A stretch of DNA of 64,000 nucleotides from Bacteroidaceae bacterium. Lineage in GTDB: Bacteria > Bacteroidota > Bacteroidia > Bacteroidales > Bacteroidaceae. A model generated the notes under the pieces. The model was not told the DNA's origin and ran no database searches. It saw nothing but the letters and a program-made list of their open reading frames with translations. The position numbers and the translations under genes were made by a program. Position 1 is the stretch's first letter. Each line of letters opens with the position of its first letter. The DNA lies in contig JAFYMW010000007.1 in the NCBI GenBank assembly GCA_017548165.1, forward strand, positions 1,720 through 65,719, read 5' to 3'. Positions 40,369 to 48,010 of this stretch are shown piece by piece.

Positions 40369-40392
40369 GATAACTGCTTTAGCTTGATGAGC
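40369..40392 (+). repeat. GATAACTGCTTTAGCTTGATGAGC word (copy 1 of 3)
   Basis: The 16-mer CTGCTTTAGCTTGATG recurs at 45561-45576 and 45591-45606. Confidence 0.85.
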
Positions 40393-40483
40393 TTTAGTAA
40401 ATAAAAACAGAAAAACGAACTTGCTTTAGAAAAGACAAAGCAATCGGATTAACAGACAACATATAAATAAAATACAATATAAC

Positions 40484-41995
40484 ATGGAATTCAACAAGAT
40501 TACAGCTGCCGAAGCAGCAGCTCTCATTGAAAACGGTCAGACCATTGGTCTCAGCGGTTTCACTCCTGCAGGTACTCCCAAGTGCACCCCTGCAGAAATA
40601 GCAGTGAAGGCTGAAGCAGAGCACACCGCTGGTCGTCCTTTCAAAATCAGCATCATCTCTGGTGCTAGCACAGGCCAGAGTTGCGACGGTGCCTTGGCAA
40701 ATGCACAGGCCATAGACTTCCGTACACCATACACCACCAATGCTGACTTCCGCAAGCGTGTTAACATGAACGAGATCAACTATCACGATCTCAACCTAAG
40801 CAATCTTGCCACCCAGATGCGTCAGGGCTATCTTGGCGAACTTGATTGGGGTATCATCGAAGCATGCGCCATCGAAAAGGTTGGTTCAAAAGCACACATC
40901 TATCTCACCGCTGCTGGTGGTATCAGCCCCACCGTATGCCGTTTGGCAAAGCGTGGTATAATCGTTGAGCTCAATGCCTTCCACTCTCCTCAGAGCAAGG
41001 GCATCCACGACGTGTACGAGATTGAGGACCACCCCTTCCGCACTCCCATCATGATCACCAAGGCTTCCGACCGTATTGGTAAACCCTACATCGAGGTTGA
41101 TGCCGATCGTATCGTTGGTGTTGTAGAGTGTAACATTCCCGACGAAGCTCGTGGTTTCAAGGATGCAGACCCCATCACCAACCAGATTGGTCAGAATGTG
41201 GCAGACTTCCTTTTGGACAACATGCGCAAGGGCCTCATCCCCAAAACTTTCCTCAACCTCCAGAGTGGTGTAGGTAGCGGTGCCAACGCAGTACTTGGTG
41301 CTCTGGGTCAGTGCCCCGAGGTTCCCAACTTCAACATCTATACCGAAGTTCTCCAGGATGCTCCCGTTCAGCTTATGCGCGATGGTCGTGTACTCAGTGC
41401 CAGCTCTTGCTCACTCACCGTTACCAACGAGTGCCTCGAAGGTATCTACCGCGATATCGACTTCTTCAAGGACAAATTGGTTCTTCGTCCCTCCGAGATA
41501 AGCAACTGCCCCGAGGTTATCAGCCGTATCGGCGTTTGCTCTTTGAACACAGCCATCGAGTGCGACATCTATGGTCATGTCAATAGCACCAAGATATGCG
41601 GTACCAAGATGATGAATGGTTTGGGTGGCAGTGCCGACTTCACCAACAATGCATACCTGAGTATCTTCACCTGTGGTTCAACACAGAAAGGTGGTGCCAT
41701 CAGTAGCATCGTTCCCTTTGCCAGCCACATCGACCACACCAACCACTTCATCGATGCTGTCATCACAGAATATGGTGTTGCCGATTTGCGCCGCAAGAGT
41801 GACATGCAGAAAGCACAGGAACTCATCAAGGTGGCACACCCCGACTATCGCCCCATGCTGCAAGACTATCTTCGTTTGGCACAGAAGGGTGGCGGTCACA
41901 CACAGCACTGCCTGTCAGCTGCTTTCGCTATGCACGACACATTCCTTCGCACTGGCGACATGCGCAACACAAATTTGGCTGAATACATCAAGTAA
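40484..41995 (+). CDS. acetyl-CoA hydrolase/transferase family protein (succinate/acetate CoA-transferase-like)
   Basis: 503 aa; TIGLSGFTPAGTPK, GGISPT, LQSGVGSGANAV and GLGGSADF are typical of the Cat1/ASCT family. Confidence 0.85.
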   Translation: MEFNKITAAEAAALIENGQTIGLSGFTPAGTPKCTPAEIAVKAEAEHTAGRPFKISIISGASTGQSCDGALANAQAIDFRTPYTTNADFRKRVNMNEINYHDLNLSNLATQMRQGYLGELDWGIIEACAIEKVGSKAHIYLTAAGGISPTVCRLAKRGIIVELNAFHSPQSKGIHDVYEIEDHPFRTPIMITKASDRIGKPYIEVDADRIVGVVECNIPDEARGFKDADPITNQIGQNVADFLLDNMRKGLIPKTFLNLQSGVGSGANAVLGALGQCPEVPNFNIYTEVLQDAPVQLMRDGRVLSASSCSLTVTNECLEGIYRDIDFFKDKLVLRPSEISNCPEVISRIGVCSLNTAIECDIYGHVNSTKICGTKMMNGLGGSADFTNNAYLSIFTCGSTQKGGAISSIVPFASHIDHTNHFIDAVITEYGVADLRRKSDMQKAQELIKVAHPDYRPMLQDYLRLAQKGGGHTQHCLSAAFAMHDTFLRTGDMRNTNLAEYIK

Positions 41996-42026
41996 TCACT
42001 TCCCCACAAGGGACATAAATAGCACG

Positions 42027-42057
42027 ATGGCGGATTCCTTTGCGAATCCGCCATTTT
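42027..42057 (+). terminator. intrinsic terminator after the CoA-transferase gene
   Basis: ATGGCGGATTC - CTTTGC - GAATCCGCCAT followed by TTTT. Confidence 0.8.
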
Positions 42058-42264
42058 CTGTTATAATGCTGATACTTAGACTATAAACAAGTACGCAGCC
42101 ACACCTACCCCTTCGGCAATTCAATGCATATTCTCAATATCCATCTGACATACAAACACGCACTATGGATTGCTATTTGTCAATAGGTTTTGATATAAGT
42201 CAATAAATAAGTGTATTTTTTTACATTTATTTTCATCAGCTATTGCAAGTAATCAAAAAAGGCG

Positions 42265-42272
42265 TACCTTTG
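42265..42272 (+). promoter_or_regulatory. -7 box TACCTTTG driving the ORF-less unit
   Basis: Context AAAAAAGGCGTACCTTTGCACTG; lies downstream of the 42027-42057 terminator. Confidence 0.55.
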
Positions 42273-42279
42273 CACTGTC

Positions 42280-42504
42280 TTCCGTGAGGAACACATGAGA
42301 AAAGATAAAAAAGATTTGTTTTAGGTTTTTCATAATATTAGATTAGGTTAAGTTTGTTTAGGTTTACACCACTCGGCTGATACTTGTTTAAGGTAAGAAA
42401 AACAGATTGATTTCAGGAATTAAAAGTAGAAGTTTGAGAGATTAATCATAACATTAGTCATGGTGTGAAGGGCGCTTGGTTCGTGAGAATCGGCGCTCTT
42501 TTTT
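42280..42504 (+). ncRNA. candidate small RNA (promoter-to-terminator unit without ORF); family unknown
   Basis: A canonical GTACCTTTGCA promoter core sits at 42264-42274 and a strong intrinsic terminator at 42468-42504. The longest ATG ORF inside is 9 codons. A separate promoter for mutS follows at 42541-42548. Confidence 0.3.
42468..42504 (+). terminator. intrinsic terminator ending the candidate sRNA
   Basis: AAGGGCGC-TT-GGTTC-GTGA-GAATC-G-GCGCTCTT, running into a T6 run. Confidence 0.7.
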
Positions 42505-42540
42505 GTGTGCCCCTTGCTTGGTGTAGTAAACTTTTTTCAG

Positions 42541-42548
42541 TACCTTTG
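42541..42548 (+). promoter_or_regulatory. -7 box TACCTTTG for mutS
   Basis: Context TTTTTTCAGTACCTTTGCG; 32 nt upstream of the ATG at 42580. Confidence 0.65.
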
Positions 42549-42579
42549 CGTCAATATTCACCTTATATATATACTCTGT

Positions 42580-45195
42580 ATGGCAAAGGAAGCACTCACA
42601 CCGATGATGAAACAGTTTTACGACCTCAAGGACAAGCACCCCGATTGTGTGCTTTTGTTCAGGTGCGGTGACTTCTACGAGACCTACGGAGAGGATGCTG
42701 TGATAGCATCGGGTATTCTGGGCATCACACTTACTCGACGCAATAATGGTGCTGGTGGAACTGGACAGCTGGAGATGGCAGGCTTCCCCTATCATGCTCT
42801 GGACACCTATCTGCCACGTCTTGTGAGGGCTGGTCGACGAGTAGCCATCTGCGACCAGTTGGAAGACCCCAAACTGGCCAAGAAGCTGGTCAAGCGTGGC
42901 ATCACAGAACTTGTCACCCCTGGTGTTGCCATGCAAGACAATGTGCTCTCGTGCAAGGAGAACAACTTCCTCTCTGCCGTACATTTTGGCAAGGGAGTAT
43001 GTGGCGTGGCCTTCCTTGATATCTCCACTGGCGAATTCATGACCAGCGAAGGCAGCATTTCCCATGTTGGTTCACTGCTTGCCAACTTCTCCCCCAAGGA
43101 GGTTCTCTACGAGCGTGGCAAGGGCGACCTTTTCCGCACTTCATTTCAGGAAAAATTTGTCACCTTCGAAATGGAGGACTGGGTTTTCAACGAGCAGACG
43201 GCACGCGGAAAGATCCTCAAACACTTCGGTGTGAAGAATCTCAAGGGCTACGGCATAGAGCACCTGAAGGCTGGAACCATAGCCTGTGGCGCCATAATGC
43301 AATACCTCGAAAACACCCAGCACACCCAACTGGGACACATCCGCCAGGTGGCACGCATCGAAGAAGACCGCTTCGTGCATATGGACAACTTCACCATGCG
43401 CTCTCTGGAACTTCTACACCCCATGAACCACGATGGCAAGTCGCTCATGGATGTCATGGGCCGTACCACCACTCCCATGGGTGCACGCATGCTGAGCCGC
43501 TGGATGGTATTCCCTCTGAAAGACCCCAAAGCCATTAACAATCGTCTGGATGTGGTGGATTATTTCTTCCGCGACCTCGACACTCGGGATATCGTGTGCG
43601 AACAACTTCAGTACATAGGAGATATGGAGCGTATCGTGTCGCGCATCAGCACCGGGCGTGTCTCACCGCGCGACCTTCTCACTCTCGCCACAGCATTGAG
43701 AGCCTTGCAACCCATCCACGAAGCACTCGTACACACCGATTCACCCGTACTCAAGGAAATAGGAGAGAAGATAGACCTTTGCGAAGAGATGCGTGAAAGA
43801 CTCTCGCATACCATCTCACCCAATGCCCCTTTGCTGGTTGCCAAAGGCGGAGTGATAGCAAATGGTGTCGACAAGGATCTCGACGAACTTCGCGCCCTCT
43901 CCACTGGTGGCAAGGAGTATTTGCTCCAGTTGCAACAGCGCGAGGCTGAGCGAACCGGCATACAGAGTCTGAAGATTGGCTACAACAATGTCTTCGGCTA
44001 CTACCTCGAGGTAAGAAACACATACAAAGAACAAGTTCCCACCGAGTGGATAAGAAAGCAGACCCTTGTCTCTGCCGAACGATATATCACCCAGGAACTC
44101 AAGGAATACGAAGAAAAGATTGTCAATGCCGAGGAACGCATTGCCATATTGGAAAACAAACTCTTCTCCGACCTGGTGATGTGGTGCACCAAGTTCATCC
44201 CTGCCATTCAGGCAGATGCCACTCTCGTAGCACGTCTGGATTGCCTTATGAGCTTTGCCATCCTGGCACGCGAGAACAAGTATATACGTCCCGTTGTCGA
44301 CGATTCCATGCTACTGAGTATCAGGCAAGGACGTCATCCTGTCATCGAAACGCAGATGGCTGCCGGAGAACATTATGTGCCCAACGACATCAACCTCGAC
44401 ACAGAAAACCAGCAGATAGTCATCATCACTGGTCCCAATATGGCTGGTAAGAGTGCACTGCTACGACAGACAGCCCTCATCACCCTCATGGCACAGATGG
44501 GCAGCTTCGTTCCTGCCGAGAATGCACACATCGGATATGTCGACAAGATATTCACCCGTGTTGGTGCCAGCGACAACATCTCCCTTGGCGAATCCACCTT
44601 CATGGTAGAGATGAACGAGGCCTCGTCCATCCTCAACAACATATCACCACGTTCATTGGTATTGTTCGACGAGTTGGGACGTGGCACCAGCACCTACGAC
44701 GGCATCAGCATAGCATGGAGCATAGTAGAGTACATCCACGAGAACAACCGCGGCAAGGCACGCACACTCTTTGCCACACATTACCACGAACTCAACGAGA
44801 TGGAAAAGACCTTCCCACGCATACACAATTACAACGTGAGCGTGTTGGAAAAGGACGGAGGCATCATCTTCCTGCGCAAGCTCGAACCAGGTGGCACAGC
44901 CCATTCCTTTGGTATTCATGTGGCACGCCTCTCTGGTATGCCTCAGAGCATTGTCTCTCGCGCCGAAATCATCCTTCGCCAGTTGGAGCAAGAAAAGAAC
45001 CACGAAGATGTGGGCAATGGTATAGCAGCTGGGAGCAAGAAAGAGTGCGACAATGGCACCCAACTCAACTTCTTCCAACTCGACGACCCCATCCTCGACG
45101 ACATCCGCCAGCAACTCCTCGACCTCGACATCAACAGCCTCACCCCCCTCCAGGCCCTCAACAAGCTAAACGACATCAAGAAGCTGGTGAAGTGA
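42580..45195 (+). CDS. mutS: DNA mismatch repair protein MutS
   Basis: [22 protein letters not shown]..., Walker [10 protein letters not shown], and [13 protein letters not shown] trimmed the track ORF (from 42505) because its extension covers the promoter box. Confidence 0.97.
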   Translation: MAKEALTPMMKQFYDLKDKHPDCVLLFRCGDFYETYGEDAVIASGILGITLTRRNNGAGGTGQLEMAGFPYHALDTYLPRLVRAGRRVAICDQLEDPKLAKKLVKRGITELVTPGVAMQDNVLSCKENNFLSAVHFGKGVCGVAFLDISTGEFMTSEGSISHVGSLLANFSPKEVLYERGKGDLFRTSFQEKFVTFEMEDWVFNEQTARGKILKHFGVKNLKGYGIEHLKAGTIACGAIMQYLENTQHTQLGHIRQVARIEEDRFVHMDNFTMRSLELLHPMNHDGKSLMDVMGRTTTPMGARMLSRWMVFPLKDPKAINNRLDVVDYFFRDLDTRDIVCEQLQYIGDMERIVSRISTGRVSPRDLLTLATALRALQPIHEALVHTDSPVLKEIGEKIDLCEEMRERLSHTISPNAPLLVAKGGVIANGVDKDLDELRALSTGGKEYLLQLQQREAERTGIQSLKIGYNNVFGYYLEVRNTYKEQVPTEWIRKQTLVSAERYITQELKEYEEKIVNAEERIAILENKLFSDLVMWCTKFIPAIQADATLVARLDCLMSFAILARENKYIRPVVDDSMLLSIRQGRHPVIETQMAAGEHYVPNDINLDTENQQIVIITGPNMAGKSALLRQTALITLMAQMGSFVPAENAHIGYVDKIFTRVGASDNISLGESTFMVEMNEASSILNNISPRSLVLFDELGRGTSTYDGISIAWSIVEYIHENNRGKARTLFATHYHELNEMEKTFPRIHNYNVSVLEKDGGIIFLRKLEPGGTAHSFGIHVARLSGMPQSIVSRAEIILRQLEQEKNHEDVGNGIAAGSKKECDNGTQLNFFQLDDPILDDIRQQLLDLDINSLTPLQALNKLNDIKKLVK

Positions 45196-45237
45196 GTGTT
45201 TAGCGTTTAGCGATGAACGGTGAGAGATGAACAGTGA
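45193..45237 (+). repeat. stop-codon array after mutS (TAG x2, then TGA x4 at 7-nt spacing)
   Basis: TGA stop at 45193; TAG at 45201 and 45208; TGA at 45214, 45221, 45228 and 45235. Confidence 0.85.
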
Positions 45238-45332
45238 GCTCACCCCACCTTTGAGAACATCCACCTTTCTTCATAGCGGGGGTACCCAAAACGCGGGAGA
45301 TCCTCTTTGTTCCCACACCTGAAAACGCCAAT

Positions 45333-45353
45333 GGTTTACGGTTTACGGTTTAC
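45333..45353. repeat. GGTTTAC x3 perfect heptamer repeat
   Basis: Read directly from the sequence. On the minus strand it gives TAA every 7 nt. Confidence 0.95.
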
Positions 45354-45484
45354 AGTTATTATTTGCGCTATTTGTTGCACCAGCTCAGTTAGCTCAGTTT
45401 CAGTTTAAATTCTGCACACAGCACTGTTTGGGAACCTGTTCGGAAAAGATTATATGAATATGATAATATTTACTAAATAATTAG

Positions 45485-45508
45485 TTATATTATATATATA
45501 TAATATAA
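45485..45508. repeat. perfect 24-bp A/T-only palindrome
   Basis: TTATATTATATATATATAATATAA equals its own reverse complement. Confidence 0.95.
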
Positions 45509-45555
45509 AATTTTTATGTAGGAGCATAGGGAGGGTATGATGGTAAAATAGGATA

Positions 45556-45606
45556 ACTGACTGCTTTAGCTTGATGGGCGAATGCGACGACTGCTTTAGC
45601 TTGATG
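45556..45606 (+). repeat. two 30-nt-spaced copies of (GA)CTGCTTTAGCTTGATG
   Basis: 45561-45576 and 45591-45606 are identical 16-mers. Confidence 0.9.
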
Positions 45607-45739
45607 AACCTTGGTGAGTAATAATAATACTGAAACTGAGCTATCTGAGCTACTAAAACAAAAGGAAGGCTGCGGGTAGGCGTCATTATTTTTCGCAAAT
45701 AAGACCACTCTATCACATTTAGAATTGTCCCTATGCAAC

Positions 45740-46010
45740 CAGATCATAATCCAACCTCTACACCCTCTCTTGTTGAGCACCTATCCTCCTGATAATCAAC
45801 ACTAAACCGCCCCCAAACTGGCCATTCACACCCCAAAACCTATCACCTTCCACCCCCAAAAACACCCTCTTTCACCCCTCGACATATCGTCCACACCAAC
45901 GCGCCACATTGCCAAACCCCACGCACCACATCGTCCCACTCCACACAAAACACCGCCCCACCCCACACAACACTACGATTCCCAGACCCAAAACACCCAC
46001 TTTTACTTGT
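45740..46010 (+). other. C/A-rich, G-depleted tract (G-rich on the minus strand)
   Basis: My count is about 15 G in the 230 nt from 45781 to 46010. The 60-nt line starting at 45841 is 29/60 C. CCCC(A)n words recur. Confidence 0.9.
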
Positions 46011-46037
46011 CATGATTTTTTACCAACACAACAAATA

Positions 46038-46100
46038 CAAAGGTATTCGGTACTCAGTATTCAGTTATGGATTTGGGGCGAAAAGGAACTATCATCTGCA
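46038..46100 (+). repeat. direct repeat copy A (downstream flank of the five-gene cluster)
   Basis: CAAAGGTATTCGGTACTCAGTATTCAGTTATGGATTTGG ... TATCATCTGC. Confidence 0.8.
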
Positions 46101-46210
46101 CCTCGATTCCTTCCGAAAGCTGTTTCCGAGTCTCGTCCCTCGCCTCTGCATTCACCTTTCTTCACGAATCTCGCCCCCTATTTGCTTAGGATGTATGAGC
46201 GGAGCTCATT

Positions 46211-47977
46211 TTAGCGTTGTGAAACTGGGAGAAGGAGGCGGAGGCCATGGGAGTAAAAGCGGGCACCAGAAAGGCGGCAGCCACGGGCAGAGACACGGCT
46301 ACCCTTGGGTTCAAAGTACCAACAGCCACCGCGCATCACACGCTCGACGCCAGAATCACGCCCCTGCGGATTGACTTGAGGAGAGTTGGAATAGTAGTTT
46401 TTTGAATACCAATCCTGGCACCATTCCAATATATTACCACTCATATCATACAAACCCAACTCGTTAGGCTGCTTGGTGGCGACTGGATGAGTTTTTCGAT
46501 CGCTATTTTCTGCATACCAAGCCACTGAACCCAAATCGTTGCTCCCACTATATTTATATCCTTTACTCTTCTTGCCTCCACGAGCTGCATACTCCCATTC
46601 CGCTTCTGTGGGCAGACGGAAGTTGGCTCCTGTCATGGCATTTAGCTTCTCTATGAAATTTTGACAATTCTTCCATGAAACATTATCTACTGGGAGATCA
46701 TCTCCCTTGAATTTCGACGGATTTTTACCCATAACAGCCGTCCACAGGGCCTGTGTCACTTCGGTTTTGCCTATGCAGAAATCGCTCAGTGTTACATTGT
46801 GTACTGGTTTCTCATCATCATAAGATTCGCTTCCTTGCTCGCTGGTTGCACCCATCTTGAAGGTTCCTCCCTCGACAAACACCATCTCGAACGACACACC
46901 ATTGACCGTAAAAGTGCGATTGTCAGTAGATAATCCCTCCTCAAGCTTTGCCACCTCTGTTTCAGTTTCTCCCTCGGTAATAGTAATAGTTTTGATGTAG
47001 CTTTGGAAACCATTTTTTATCACCTTTATCTCGTGCTCGCCAACGAGGCATTCGGACAGGAACAAGGGCGTGGTGCCGACTTGCTTGCCGTCGAGCCACA
47101 CCTCGGCATCGGCGGGGGAACTATTGATATCGAGCGAACCATAAATGGGTGTTGGGGGGACAAGGGGGATGGGGGTGCTGGCATTTTCTGCGCTTATCAC
47201 TATCTCCTTCTGCGAGGCTCTGTGACCAGGCAAACGGCATTCCACCACATAGGTACCATAACCCAATTCGATAGTGCAATTGCCTGTGCCCTGCTTCTTA
47301 TCGTCAATCCATATCTCGGCATTGTTCTCGACCTGGAATTGGACGTTGGCAAACTGAGGACGGAGATTGACGGTGACGATGTGCTTGTTCTTGGGGTCGT
47401 TGACCACAATGGTTCCCACCTCTGGGGCATGGCGTGGTGCCTGGATGCGGTAGTTGTATGTACCGAAAGGCATGCGCTTGGTGGCAGTACCACCTATTGT
47501 TTCGATGGCCTGTCCGTCCAACTCGACAAAGGCATTGGCTGGAGTAAGACGGAACAATACATATTGCGAGGTGACGGCATTGGTGACAATGGTGCGAACC
47601 TGTCCGGAGATAAGCTTCATCTGGTAGGTGCGAGCCTTGGCGATGGGCACGGGAATGCTGTATTCCAAGCGTTCGAACACAGGATGCGACAGCACTATCT
47701 TCTTGATACCGAAAGGCACATAAACCCATATCTCGCCCACCTTCTGCTCTGTCTTCACCACTCCCAAAGAACCAACATCAAAACTGAAACCAGTCTCGGT
47801 GGTGAATATCTTGATCAGTGCACACTTCTCGCCATTCTGGTCCAAAACAGTAGTCCCAGCAAGATTGGACGTCAAATCGCTCTCGTCAAGCTTAAAGTAT
47901 TCCACAGACACCTTCTGGGAATAAAGTGAAAGCGAGGAAATGAAGAAAAATACGTAGAGAAATAGTCGTTGTAACAT
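46211..47977 (-). CDS. secreted PEGA-repeat protein with C-terminal SUMF1/FGE-sulfatase-fold domain (paralogue 1)
   Basis: Signal peptide ...LSLYS|QK. PEGA-type repeat INSSPADAEVWLDGKQVGTTPLFL. FGE-fold blocks FEMVFVEGGTFKMG, FRLPTEAEWEYAARGG, YDMSGNILEWCQDWY, RVMRGG...GLRLL. Confidence 0.8.
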   Translation of the reverse strand: MLQRLFLYVFFFISSLSLYSQKVSVEYFKLDESDLTSNLAGTTVLDQNGEKCALIKIFTTETGFSFDVGSLGVVKTEQKVGEIWVYVPFGIKKIVLSHPVFERLEYSIPVPIAKARTYQMKLISGQVRTIVTNAVTSQYVLFRLTPANAFVELDGQAIETIGGTATKRMPFGTYNYRIQAPRHAPEVGTIVVNDPKNKHIVTVNLRPQFANVQFQVENNAEIWIDDKKQGTGNCTIELGYGTYVVECRLPGHRASQKEIVISAENASTPIPLVPPTPIYGSLDINSSPADAEVWLDGKQVGTTPLFLSECLVGEHEIKVIKNGFQSYIKTITITEGETETEVAKLEEGLSTDNRTFTVNGVSFEMVFVEGGTFKMGATSEQGSESYDDEKPVHNVTLSDFCIGKTEVTQALWTAVMGKNPSKFKGDDLPVDNVSWKNCQNFIEKLNAMTGANFRLPTEAEWEYAARGGKKSKGYKYSGSNDLGSVAWYAENSDRKTHPVATKQPNELGLYDMSGNILEWCQDWYSKNYYSNSPQVNPQGRDSGVERVMRGGCWYFEPKGSRVSARGCRLSGARFYSHGLRLLLPVSQR

Positions 47978-48010
47978 GAATGATATATGTATGGTGCGTA
48001 TGTATGGGGG

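Larger units (their letters stand above)
45371..45662. repeat. imperfect ~38-bp inverted repeat pair (45371-45410 / 45625-45662) around an AT-rich core; MITE-like
   Basis: The core arm CAGCTCAGTTAGCTCAGTTTCAGT matches the reverse complement of ACTGAAACTGAGCTATCTGAGCTA at 22/24. The outer TTTGTT also matches. Confidence 0.7.

Noticed and set aside
42505-42579. 25-codon N-terminal extension of mutS in the ORF track
   Set aside because: It covers the terminator T-run and the TACCTTTG promoter box. The conserved MutS N-terminus ([13 protein letters not shown]) starts at 42580.
46194-46208. ATGAGC-GGA-GCTCAT hairpin as terminator of the last cluster gene
   Set aside because: It has only a 6-bp stem and a 3-nt loop, no T-run follows on the minus strand, and it abuts the stop codon. 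That is too weak to call.
45196-46210. Replication terminus (convergent strand switch), or origin at 16.4-17.0 kb or 35.77 kb (DnaA-box-like TGTGGATAG at 35773-35781)
   Set aside because: The divergent and convergent switch points are only ~29 kb apart, so they cannot be ori and ter. There is a single imperfect DnaA box, with no box cluster and no dnaA gene. Gene orientation here reflects local operon structure.
45909-46214. 101-aa Pro/Thr/His-rich + strand ORF in the C/A tract
   Set aside because: The open frame follows from the near absence of G, which leaves few TGA or TAG codons. There is no start context or promoter box, and it runs into the stop region of the convergent gene. I report it as a composition anomaly instead.
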